Both the position numbers and the translations under genes were made by a program. This document shows positions 21,301 through 29,916 of a stretch of DNA of 55,694 bases, piece by piece (position 1 is the first letter of the stretch; every line of letters starts with the position of its first letter). Origin of the DNA: Hydrurus foetidus. Its lineage: Eukaryota. The stretch lies in assembly GCA_900617105.1 (NCBI GenBank), contig UYFQ01000005.1:558001-613694 (forward strand), read 5' to 3'. Under the pieces are notes generated by a model. It saw only the letters and a program-made list of their open reading frames with translations. It was not told the origin of the DNA and ran no database searches.

Positions 21301-21542
21301 GAGAGGTACAGCATGCCATCGACGCCGTTGAGCTCCTGCTCGATAGGGGCTGCAACCGTCTCGGCGATTTCCTGGGCCGAGGCTCCCGGATAGCTGGCTT
21401 TGACGGTGACCGTGGGGGGAACGATTTCCGGGAATTCCGATATGGGCAGCTTGAGTGCGGCCACCGCACCGATAAGGGTCAGAAGGATGGATAGGACAAT
21501 CGCGAAAATGGGTCTTCTTACGAAGAAGTGTGAAAAGCGCAT
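18390..21542 (-). CDS. RND efflux transporter permease (HAE1 family)
   Basis: 1050 aa; FFVRRPIFA, GIVVDDAIVVVENVER, GLAAKNAILIVEFA, RLRPILMTS. Confidence 0.95.
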   Translation of the reverse strand: MRFSHFFVRRPIFAIVLSILLTLIGAVAALKLPISEFPEIVPPTVTVKASYPGASAQEIAETVAAPIEQELNGVDGMLYLSSQSVGDGKLAISVVFKPGTNVDEAQSLVQNRVSIAESRLPEEVRRLGVSIKKASPDQLMVVMFVSPKGTHDQQYISNFVSGKVKDSLSRLEGVGDIYTRGARDFSMRIWLDPTRVVSLGLTAPEVIAAVRRANVQVAAGVLNQPPAGSDGAYQVQVQAQGRLHDVEEFKSIVVATAANGGIVRLRDVARVEMGAQDYTESGFVDDQNAVAFSISQKPGSNALATADQILAQLEKLKAEFPEDLAFHAYYNPTEFIRASIDKVKDTIFEAAVLVSFAVLLFLGSWRAAVIPILAIPVSLVGTFAVMAGLGYSLNTLSLFGLVLAIGIVVDDAIVVVENVERHIEEGLSPAEAACRGMSEVGFALIAIALVLVAVFVPTAFIDGISGMFYRQFAVTIAASTVISALVSLTLSPALAAMLLKPKQAIHQQGLGGKWTEAFNRTFGRLSGRYVQLTGFTLSRRWLMLPLYLGLVGLTAWRLAVTPTGFVPQLDRGYAIVSIQLPPGSTLERTTEVAHEAAQRLLKQAGVAHTAAFAGTDGATFTSSPNAAVIFTIFKDFKDRAKDQLDGPAMLAAMRKTLAPISNARVMVMPPPAVRGIGTGGGFKLQIRDIRGQGPQALQAVARDITEKASKLPSVAGAFTPFNAMTPQIKVDVDRSKSALLGVSPDRVSEALQSYMGSVFVNDITLMGRVWRVTAQADAPFRRNQDDLAGLQIRSSNGAMVPLGSLASFQQTTAPYRVPRYNLYPTAEVQGSTKPGFSTGETIAAMESMLDAQIPAGFDYEWTELALQEKQAGSSTWVALTLAVLFVYLLLAALFESWWLPLSVVLIVPMCILAALAGVTWRGLDNNVLTQIGIVVLIGLAAKNAILIVEFARQAHAEGATPREAAIAAARSRLRPILMTSLAFLMGSLPLVFSTGPGAEMRQSVGTAVFSGMIGVTLFGLLFTPLFFTLLTRKSSDAALVQSPQTNGVQT

Positions 21543-21557
21543 GCGTTTGTCCTTTCT

Positions 21558-22688
21558 TTATCCGCCATTGGCCGGTTGGGCAACTTGCACACTGTCTCCG
21601 GGACGCACGCGCTGCGCGCCCAACACGATGACGCGGTCTTCCGCAACCAATCCCGCCAACACCACGCGCTTGTTGTCGACCAGATTGCCCACTTCAACAC
21701 GCTTGGCCATCACCTTGCCGTTGGCATCCACTACCAGCACCATCTTTTTGGTCTGGTCGCTTTGCACGACGGCATCTGGGACTAGCAGCCGTTCTTGAGG
21801 CGTACCCACAGGTATACGAATATGCGCGAAATTTCCAGGCACTACGGCCTGGTCAGCATTGCTCATGGTGGCGTGCAGGCGCACGGTGCCTGAGCGTCGG
21901 CTGATCTCGTTGTCAACAAAATCCAGGGGGGCCGACTGGGGGCCCACCATGCCATCTACCCGCAACTGAACCCGTTCGGGAAACTTCTTCTGCTGCCGCA
22001 GGCGTTGGAAATCAGACTCCGACACCTCCACGACTGCGCGAACCGGGCTTTGCGCCACAATGGTGGTCAGTACACCACCTTGAGCTGTTCCGCCCGCAAT
22101 GTAGTTGCCAACATCTAGGCGGTGGTCTGAAACCTTACCGGACAGTGCGGCTCGAACCGTAGTGAATGACAACTCAAGTTCTGAACTGCGCATGTCTGCC
22201 TCACTCGCGAGGACGGCGGCTTGGGCGCTCTCGAATTCGCCACGCGCACGATCGAGTTCTTCTGCACTTGAGGCACCCGCCTCATGGATCCGGGAAAGGC
22301 GGGCGAATTGTGCACTCGCGAGTTTCTGGCGCGCTATTGCCTGGGCGAGTGCGGCCTGGGCGCGGTCCCGAGTGGCAAGGAACGGGCGCGGGTCAATGAT
22401 GAAAAGTGGATCGCCGGCCTTGACTTGCTGGCCATCGCGAAACTTGATGGCATCCAGGTAGCCAGAGACGCGTGAACGCACTTCAACCGAGTGAGAGGGC
22501 TCGATCCGACCGGTGTAGTCCATGGAGTCTTGCACTACGGATTTCTCGGGATGTGCCACCGTCACTGTAGGCATTGGCAGGGCTGCCGCCGCCGTGGTTG
22601 CTGCAGTCTTGCTGCAACCAGATACCAGCGCTACAGCGGTCAGTGTCGCAAGAATCAGTATCGGTATGGAAGGAGGATTAGTTTTCAT
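21558..22688 (-). CDS. RND periplasmic adaptor (membrane fusion protein)
   Basis: Lipobox VSGC, VEVRSRVSGYL, GDPLFIIDPRPF. Confidence 0.92.
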   Translation of the reverse strand: MKTNPPSIPILILATLTAVALVSGCSKTAATTAAAALPMPTVTVAHPEKSVVQDSMDYTGRIEPSHSVEVRSRVSGYLDAIKFRDGQQVKAGDPLFIIDPRPFLATRDRAQAALAQAIARQKLASAQFARLSRIHEAGASSAEELDRARGEFESAQAAVLASEADMRSSELELSFTTVRAALSGKVSDHRLDVGNYIAGGTAQGGVLTTIVAQSPVRAVVEVSESDFQRLRQQKKFPERVQLRVDGMVGPQSAPLDFVDNEISRRSGTVRLHATMSNADQAVVPGNFAHIRIPVGTPQERLLVPDAVVQSDQTKKMVLVVDANGKVMAKRVEVGNLVDNKRVVLAGLVAEDRVIVLGAQRVRPGDSVQVAQPANGG

Positions 22689-24142
22689 GAAGTCACTTTG
22701 GAGGACTGGATGGGTTTTGTGAGCACACGGCTTGCAACCGAGACTGCGAGGGCGAGAAAAATCAAGGCGGCGGCCACGGTGAATGTCAACCGCATCCCAG
22801 AGGCAACAGCCTCCGTATGCGCGGTTGTGATGTCACTGACAGCAGATCCCAAGGCAAACACCGCGCCCATGGCAGAGGCGCCAGTGATGAGCCCCAAATT
22901 GCGCGACAAGCTCAGCAGGCCAGAAATAACGCCGCGTTGATCGGCGCGAATATCGCTCATGACAGCAGTATTGTTGGCGGCCTGGAACAGTGCATAGCCC
23001 GCAGTGATTACGGACAGGGGAACGACATAGCCCGGGATTCCCAGGCTGGTGGGCAACAGGGGCAACACAATGGCACCCAGCGCCATGACCAGCAGACCGA
23101 CGGTTCCCATACGGTAGGCGCCAAACCGGTCCACCAAGCGGCCGGCCGGCGCGCCAGTGAAGGCCGCCACAATGGGGCCGGAGGACATCACAAGTCCGAC
23201 GCGGGCCGCATCCAGCCCGAGCGCTCCAGAGAGATAGAACGGGCCCACCACCAGCGTGGCCATCACCACCGTGGTGACCAGCGCGCTCATCACAAAGCCG
23301 GCACTCAGCACCGGGCTGCGAAACATGGACAAGCGAACCAAAGGCGATGCAGCCCTTGTCTCTGCAAAGAGAAACAGTCCGCCACCGACAACAGAGGCGA
23401 GCAGCAGCGCGATGTTGAGTTGTCCGAGATGGCCTCGGCCCAGGGTCATGGCAAGCGCATACGCTGCAAGTGTCAGAGCGAGCAAAAGGGTACCCAGGCT
23501 GTCGAAGCGGGGCCTATCACCTTTGGCAGACTGGCGGTCATTCGGGAGATAGCGGTAAGCGAGGACAAAGGTTCCAATGCCTAGCGGCACGTTGACCAGA
23601 AAAATAGCTTGCCAATGGAGGGTGGCAATCAGCAATCCGCCCAGCGTGGGCCCAAGGGCAGTGCCAATGGCTGACATGGTCCCCAGCAGCCCCATCGCGC
23701 TGCCGGTCTTGTCCTTTGGGACGGCCTCGCCCACCATCGCCATGGTGATTGCCATCATGACGGCCGCACCCAGTCCCTGCAACGCACGTGCTGCAATCAG
23801 CCAGGCCAGCGAGAGGGCTGCGCCACACAGAATGGATGCAACGGTGAACAGCGCAATGCCTGTGAGCAGCAAACGCCTGCGACCGAAGGTGTCTCCTAAT
23901 TTGCCGACGCTGACGATGAGTGTAGTGATAGCTAACAAATAGGCCAGAACGACCCACTGGACATCCTGAAAGCTCACGTTGAATGCCTGAGCCAGGGTTG
24001 GCAAGGCCACATTGGCGATGCTGGTGCCCAGCGAGGACAGCAGCATCGACATGGACAGGCTGATCAAGACCCATCGAAAGGAAGGCATGGCCAGTGCACT
24101 GTCGGACACAGCGCCTTCGCTCCTACTATGATTTATTTTCAT
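22685..24142 (-). CDS. MFS transporter, DHA2 (14-TMS drug:H+ antiporter) type
   Basis: SIANVALPTL, GKLGDTFGRRR, RALQGLG, GPTLGG motifs. Confidence 0.9.
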   Translation of the reverse strand: MKINHSRSEGAVSDSALAMPSFRWVLISLSMSMLLSSLGTSIANVALPTLAQAFNVSFQDVQWVVLAYLLAITTLIVSVGKLGDTFGRRRLLLTGIALFTVASILCGAALSLAWLIAARALQGLGAAVMMAITMAMVGEAVPKDKTGSAMGLLGTMSAIGTALGPTLGGLLIATLHWQAIFLVNVPLGIGTFVLAYRYLPNDRQSAKGDRPRFDSLGTLLLALTLAAYALAMTLGRGHLGQLNIALLLASVVGGGLFLFAETRAASPLVRLSMFRSPVLSAGFVMSALVTTVVMATLVVGPFYLSGALGLDAARVGLVMSSGPIVAAFTGAPAGRLVDRFGAYRMGTVGLLVMALGAIVLPLLPTSLGIPGYVVPLSVITAGYALFQAANNTAVMSDIRADQRGVISGLLSLSRNLGLITGASAMGAVFALGSAVSDITTAHTEAVASGMRLTFTVAAALIFLALAVSVASRVLTKPIQSSKVTS

Positions 24143-24197
24143 GATTTATCTCCTTGGGGGTATGTGACCGTTTGCAACGGTGAACAGATGACATGGC

Positions 24198-24803
24198 TCA
24201 CAGGCGCTTGCAGCGCACTAGGCAATCCAGTGCGACCCGAATGCCATCGGGTGTTTCTACCTGCCGCTCGACGCGACCTGCCTTTTCAATCACGAGTTCA
24301 TTTCCCAGAGCGGCGACAACCTGCTCTGCCGTGTACAGAACGTCGGCCCGCTGCGGACCGCCGTAACCGTGCAACAGATTCTCGGAGTCGTGACCGACCA
24401 ACAAGAACGTGCCACCAGGCGCTACGGCTCGCGCGGCCTGCAACAGAATGGGTAATAGCTCAGCCTGTGGAATTTGCAGATAGATTAAAGCGACCAGATC
24501 AAAGCGTTGGAACTCCAATTCGTAGTTGCGCAGGTCGGCTTCGCGGAAGTCGATCGCATCCTGCACGTTGCGCACCCGGGCCAAATCCCTCGCCTTCCCA
24601 ATTGCCACGTTTGAAAAGTCAACGGCTCGAACGATCCAGCCCTGCTCCGCCAGCCACACGGCGTTGCGCCCTTCACCTGTGGCCAAGTCCAGGGCGCTGC
24701 CAGGCGCGAGATTGGCAGTCTCTCCCATCAGGAACCGGTTCGCCTTGGCCGTCCAGATGAGCGCTTCTGCGGAGTAGCGCTTGTTCCAGTCCTCTCGTTC
24801 CAT
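24198..24803 (-). CDS. Class I SAM-dependent methyltransferase
   Basis: WNKRY, ALDLATGEGRNAVWLA, AVDFS, APGG; start may instead be at 24905. Confidence 0.85.
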   Translation of the reverse strand: MEREDWNKRYSAEALIWTAKANRFLMGETANLAPGSALDLATGEGRNAVWLAEQGWIVRAVDFSNVAIGKARDLARVRNVQDAIDFREADLRNYELEFQRFDLVALIYLQIPQAELLPILLQAARAVAPGGTFLLVGHDSENLLHGYGGPQRADVLYTAEQVVAALGNELVIEKAGRVERQVETPDGIRVALDCLVRCKRL

Positions 24804-25030
24804 GGTGCGGGAAGAAGAGTCGCTTACGGTGAAGGGTGCGTGCTCCTGCTTGTTACTGCCTGGTTGAATGCTTCCTGACGTGGTTGCCTGCGATGTAGAC
24901 TGCATATTGCCGCTCCTGAGATGTAGATGTCAGGATCGTAGGGATCCGCATGGCAAGGCGGAAGGCGCTCTGTTTGCACTTAGGTACTGCACCTGACGCC
25001 ATATCAGTACAACAGTGCTATCGTGCAAAC

Positions 25031-25963
25031 ATGTCACTGCCTGATCTGAATTTGCTCATTACCCTCGATGTGCTGCTCGCAGAAGGCAATGTGTCGCGCG
25101 CGGCCAACAGGTTGCATTTGAGTCCCTCGGCGATGAGTCGTTCGCTAACGCGATTGCGTGATGCAACGGGCGACCCGTTGTTGGTGCGTGCGGGACGCGG
25201 GCTTGTTCCGACGCCCCGCGCCCTCAAGCTACGTGATCAGGTTGAACGTATCGTGCAGGAGGCAACCGAGGTTTTGCGTCCTGAGGAGCAGCTCAACTTC
25301 AAAGACTTGGTTCGAACGTTTACGCTGCGGTCAAGCGAAGGGTTTGTGGAAAATTTCGGGCCAGAATTGATCGCGCGCGTGGCCGAGAAGGCGCCTGGCG
25401 TACGGTTGTTTTTCGTGCAAAAGCCAAATAAGGACAGCGCACCGCTTCGTGAAGGGGTCGTCGATCTAGAAACCGGGATTATTGAAAAGACCACCGCTCC
25501 TGAGTTGCGTGTAAAAGCCTTGTTCAGGGACCGCAGTATCGGTGTCGTTAGAGCCGGGCACCCACTAAGTCAAGGTGCCATAACGTCCGCGCGATATGCA
25601 GATGGTCAGCACATATCTGTTTCGCGACAGGGTCTTGACAAAGGCCCCATCGATGAAGCCTTGGGCGAATTGGGGTTGGCAAGAAAGATCGTCACAGTGG
25701 TAGCTGGGTTTTCGACCGCGCTCAGCCTGGCCAGATCATCCGACATGATCGCCAGCGTTCCGGGGCGGCACACTCGGAATTTGCGGGCTGGCATGTTCAG
25801 CTTCCCGCTTCCAGTAAGAACGCCGGAGATCACAATTTCTATGCTCTGGCACCCACGTATGGATGGGGATATCGCCCATCGTTGGATTCGTGGGTGTCTT
25901 CATGATATTTGTGTGGCGCATCACAGTGATTCCGCAAGCCCGGAAAATCTTGCCAAAGAATGA
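25031..25963 (+). CDS. LysR-family regulator (copy 1)
   Basis: DLNLLITLDVLLAEGNVSRAANRLHLSPSAMSRSL HTH; divergent from the methyltransferase-efflux operon. Confidence 0.92.
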   Translation: MSLPDLNLLITLDVLLAEGNVSRAANRLHLSPSAMSRSLTRLRDATGDPLLVRAGRGLVPTPRALKLRDQVERIVQEATEVLRPEEQLNFKDLVRTFTLRSSEGFVENFGPELIARVAEKAPGVRLFFVQKPNKDSAPLREGVVDLETGIIEKTTAPELRVKALFRDRSIGVVRAGHPLSQGAITSARYADGQHISVSRQGLDKGPIDEALGELGLARKIVTVVAGFSTALSLARSSDMIASVPGRHTRNLRAGMFSFPLPVRTPEITISMLWHPRMDGDIAHRWIRGCLHDICVAHHSDSASPENLAKE

Positions 25964-26049
25964 TCTAAGGACAGGACTGAACAACATTCAGTCTGACTAT
26001 GAACTAGGGCAACTCCAACTCCACGGTTAATGAGTCGGCCTTTTGTATT

Positions 26050-26502
26050 TTAGGCCCGAACGTCAATACCGATGGTCTGGCCCTGATACCTATGGATGAT
26101 TTTCATGGCCGATTCCAGTATCTTCACGGACGTTTCGTCTTTGCGCGATAGTGCGCCCTGGATGCCGTCACGCACCTTTTGCGTGAAGTCGTAACGTGTC
26201 CGGTCGCTCTCAGCCGGCAGCTCGCCGCCGAGGCCACCGCCGACCGGGATTTTCATGGTCATTGCCATGAAAGGCCCGCTGTCATCGAGCGACATTTCCC
26301 CGCTGCGAATCTGAGTATTGATCCAATCGCGCATGTCCTGGCGGGTCATGTTCGAGAAATCTGCCTGCTTCGTGCTGTCGGCCTGGGTCGCCGTCAGCGC
26401 AGCCGAAAAGGACGTGGCAGAACGGTCGGCGATCGAAGCCTGTTGCACTTGAGGCTTGAAACCGCCGTAGCTTGTTCCTGCATCAACTCTCATCGAATCC
26501 AC
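26050..26502 (-). CDS. Hypothetical protein
   Basis: 150-aa ORF filling the gap between the two LysR genes, divergent from LysR copy 2; start may be at 26493. Confidence 0.65.
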   Translation of the reverse strand: MDSMRVDAGTSYGGFKPQVQQASIADRSATSFSAALTATQADSTKQADFSNMTRQDMRDWINTQIRSGEMSLDDSGPFMAMTMKIPVGGGLGGELPAESDRTRYDFTQKVRDGIQGALSRKDETSVKILESAMKIIHRYQGQTIGIDVRA

Positions 26503-26663
26503 CCTTTCAATACGGTAATCAAAACATCATCGCCTGCACAACTTTCGACAAGGTTATGCATTCGATTGTCTATCGAAACACAAAGGCGCAATGTGCATTG
26601 CCTGCACTATGTAAGTGCAGGCGACGCTGCGCTATGAAGCAAAGATATTGCTACTGTTCCTGC

Positions 26664-27572
26664 ATGTCAAAACCTGATCTGAACTTGCTCCTTACCCTGG
26701 ATGTGCTGTTGGCAGAGGGCAACGTAGCGCGCGCCGCCGAGCGGCTTCATCTGAGTCCGTCGGCGATGAGCAGGTCCCTTGCCCGCCTGCGGGATACCAC
26801 GGGCGACCCACTACTGGTCAGAGCCGGGCGTGGACTGGTTCCCACGCCACGCGCACTAAAACTCCGTGGACAGGTGGGGCAGCTCGTACAGGACGCACAA
26901 GCTGTCTTGCGACCTGCAGAGAAGCTCGACCTGGGGCAACTTTCACGCACGTTCACGCTGCGGGTTAGCGACGGATTTACTGAAAATTTTGGACCAGTAC
27001 TCATTGCGCGGATAAGAAAAGAGGCGCCCCAGGTCAGGCTACGCTTCGTGCAGAAGCTCAACAAAGACAACGGGCCACTGCGCGAAGGAAGCGTTGATTT
27101 GGAAACAGGCGTGGTAGGCGAACAGACGGGGCCGGAGGTACGGACTCGGGTGTTGTTCAAGGACCGCTTCGTGGGCGTGGTGCGAAAGGAACATGCTCTG
27201 AGCCGTGGCGAGATCACAGCCGCCCGCTATGCGTCTGGCCAGCATGTACTGGTATCACGCCGCAGTCTCGAAAGAGGCCCTCTGGATGACGCGTTGAAGC
27301 CACTTGGACTGGAGCGGGAAATTGTCACCTTTGTGGGGGGATTTTCAGGTGCCCTAGCCTTTGCTCGGGCGACGGACTTGATTGCGACTGTTCCGGAGAT
27401 ACATACTGGCAACTTGCGCAGCGGAATGTTTAGTTTCACCCTTCCGGTCCAGTCGCCGGAGCTCATCGTTTCCATGCTGTGGCATCCCCGCATGGATGCA
27501 GACATGGCGCACCGCTGGTTGCGCGGATGCCTTCTGGAAATTTGTACTGTCAAAGTCAACGCCCGTGACTGA
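26664..27572 (+). CDS. LysR-family regulator (copy 2, paralog of copy 1)
   Basis: MSKPDLNLLLTLDVLLAEGNVARAAERLHLSPSAMSRSL; colinear with copy 1. Confidence 0.92.
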   Translation: MSKPDLNLLLTLDVLLAEGNVARAAERLHLSPSAMSRSLARLRDTTGDPLLVRAGRGLVPTPRALKLRGQVGQLVQDAQAVLRPAEKLDLGQLSRTFTLRVSDGFTENFGPVLIARIRKEAPQVRLRFVQKLNKDNGPLREGSVDLETGVVGEQTGPEVRTRVLFKDRFVGVVRKEHALSRGEITAARYASGQHVLVSRRSLERGPLDDALKPLGLEREIVTFVGGFSGALAFARATDLIATVPEIHTGNLRSGMFSFTLPVQSPELIVSMLWHPRMDADMAHRWLRGCLLEICTVKVNARD

Positions 27573-27743
27573 CTTGCTGCCGCATCCTGGGCGATTGTAT
27601 GGACGCTTCCTAAAAAGGTGCGGATGAGAATCGGTACCAGTCCTTCATGGATTGAAAGGGGGTTTTGCTTTTCAGCGCTGACTGGGACAGCTGATGGTTG
27701 TACAAGTGAACATAAAACGTGTGAGTGTCTGCTCTAAATCTAA

Positions 27744-28378
27744 AGCAACGCTGAACAAGGCCAGTCAAACAGCGATTTCGGGGTACAAATACCAAGAATC
27801 CACCAAATTCGGCTAAAGCGAGTCATGTTGATGCCTCTTGAGGCACGGTGTTCGAGCCTTTTGGCCCACTTGCGCCCTTACGGACGCACCTGTACCAGCA
27901 GCTCCTGGCGCCCCAGGTAGATGTTGGCCAGAGCCAGGGCCGTGAATGCCGGCGTCGCGTTCTTCTCCAGCCCCCGATAGCGCACTTTGGTAAAGCCCCA
28001 CAGCTTCTTGACCGCGCCAAAGACGTGCCCTACCCGTGCACGGATCTTGGACTTGTTGCGATTCTTGCTGCGGATGCCTTCATCGACCTCACCGCCCCGG
28101 CGGCTACGTTGATTGGTGAAGTCGTTAGCCTTGGGGGCTTTGCCCCAGATCAAGGTCTTCTGGATTGCGTAAGCCGAGTCGCCATACACGCGCCGCTCTT
28201 GGCCGTGCCGCAGACCGGGTAAGGGGTGTTTGTCGTGGATGTTGGCGGCAGTGACTACCGCACTGTGTGCCAGCCCGGTTTGGCTGTCCACGCCGATATA
28301 CAGTTTCATGCCAAAGTACCACTGCTGGCCCTTGCGGGTGGAGTGCATATCGGGGTCGCGCTTTGTCTGCGTTGTTTG
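27744..28378 (-). mobile_element. IS5-family remnant (transposase C-terminal half and probable IR)
   Basis: RDPDMHSTRKGQQWYFGMK..IGVD, GDSAY, IRARVGHVF, KVRYRGL; candidate IR agcaacgctgaacaag at 27744, preceded by ctaa. Confidence 0.8.
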
Positions 28379-28449
28379 AACCCAAACTCAATGACCCGAC
28401 CCATCCGAGTGAGCGCATGCGCCAGACGATTGACTCACCGAAGGGGCCC

Positions 28450-28613
28450 TCATTGCAGACATCAAGACTATGCACATAATTCGCAAGGGCCAGATGCACC
28501 GGCCCGCCGGATCAACCGTGTCCGCAGCCAACCAGTTCTACAGCCTCGCTGTTTGATTCACCAAACCAGCGCCGCAACTTCTTTCGGACAAACAACCTTA
28601 CTGCGACAAAACC
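28450..28613 (+). mobile_element. Second IS6-family remnant (3' end and right IR)
   Basis: IADIKTMHIIRKGQ..SAANQFYSLAV*, cagttctacagcctcgc shared with the 16659-16918 remnant, terminal gcgacaaaacc at 28603-28613. Confidence 0.75.
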
Positions 28614-28656
28614 CTCAAAAGTAAAGTTGAAGTATTGCAGGTGTTCGCTCATTGTT

Positions 28657-29916
28657 TTACGACCTGATCAAGTCCAGGAGGGTTCTGCCAATGACCTTCG
28701 TCGCGCGGCGGAGGTCCTCCAGATCCAGACGCTCGTCTGCACGCTTTGCATGAGACTCAAGAACCGTGCGCGGTCCTGCTCCATAGATAACACCGGGTAT
28801 GCCGCGCTCAACATAGAGGCGAACATCCGTATAAAGGGGTGTCCCCAAGTCAGGGATTGCTTCACCAAATACCGCTTCACCATGCTTTTGAATGGCAGCT
28901 ACCAAGGGTTGATTGCCTGCCAGCGGTTTCATGGCGCGTGACAACAACAAACGACGAACATCGACGCTGATATCACGACCACCTCGCGGAGGCTTGAAGC
29001 TCGCCGCAGCCTGTTCAATCGTTTGACGCAACGAAGCCTCAACCGCTGCTGGATCTTCCTCCGGGATCATGCGGCGATCTACCTTGAATGTCACCGATCC
29101 AGGGATGACGTTGGTATTGGTTCCACCAACGATTTGTCCCACATTAAGATAAGGGTGGGTGATGCCCGTGACCTCGGAACTGACCTTAAGGTATTCCGCG
29201 TTGAGAGCGTAAAGCGCATTCAGAATATGCACTGCCGCTTGCAAGGCATCCGTGCCACTATCAGGAATGGCCGCATGAGCCATGTCACCATGCACGGTGA
29301 CTTCCAACTGCAGGCAGCCGTTGTGGGCCACGATTACTTGGTAGCTGAATCCGGCTGCGATCATCAAGTCGGGTTTAGTCAACCCCTTTTTGAGTAGCCA
29401 ATCGGGACCGACGACCCCTCCGTACTCTTCATCGTAAGTGAAATGCAGTTCCACACTGCCAGAGAGTTTCAACCCTAGGGACTCGAGGGCTCGCACTGCG
29501 TATGTGAAGGTCGCCATGTCGCACTTGCTCACCGCCGTGGCGCGGCCGTACATTTTCCCGTCAACAATTTCGCCGCCATAAGGGTCATGGGTCCAGCCTT
29601 CGCCGGGTGGAACCACATCACCGTGTGCATTCAGGGCAATGGTCTTGCCTTCGCCATATTTTCTGCGCACGATCAGGTTGGTTATGGTTTCCAGACCTGC
29701 CGCGATGACCTCATCCTGAGGCACAACGTATTTTTCCGCCTTAAACCCCATGGCATCTAGCAATTCTGCCGTTCGCTCAGCGTGAGGGGCGTTATTGCCT
29801 GGTGGGGTATCACTTGGCACACGCACCAACTCTTGTAAGAACTTTACCTCCTCATCAAAGTGATCATCCACCCACGAATCGATAGCGTTGTAATTTGCGA
29901 TTAGGTTTGAGGTCAT
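28657..29916 (-). CDS. M20-family metallohydrolase (ArgE/DapE-like)
   Basis: LNAHGDVVP, YGRATAVSKCD, YDEE, GGTNTNVIPG, HAKRADE. Confidence 0.88.
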   Translation of the reverse strand: MTSNLIANYNAIDSWVDDHFDEEVKFLQELVRVPSDTPPGNNAPHAERTAELLDAMGFKAEKYVVPQDEVIAAGLETITNLIVRRKYGEGKTIALNAHGDVVPPGEGWTHDPYGGEIVDGKMYGRATAVSKCDMATFTYAVRALESLGLKLSGSVELHFTYDEEYGGVVGPDWLLKKGLTKPDLMIAAGFSYQVIVAHNGCLQLEVTVHGDMAHAAIPDSGTDALQAAVHILNALYALNAEYLKVSSEVTGITHPYLNVGQIVGGTNTNVIPGSVTFKVDRRMIPEEDPAAVEASLRQTIEQAAASFKPPRGGRDISVDVRRLLLSRAMKPLAGNQPLVAAIQKHGEAVFGEAIPDLGTPLYTDVRLYVERGIPGVIYGAGPRTVLESHAKRADERLDLEDLRRATKVIGRTLLDLIRS

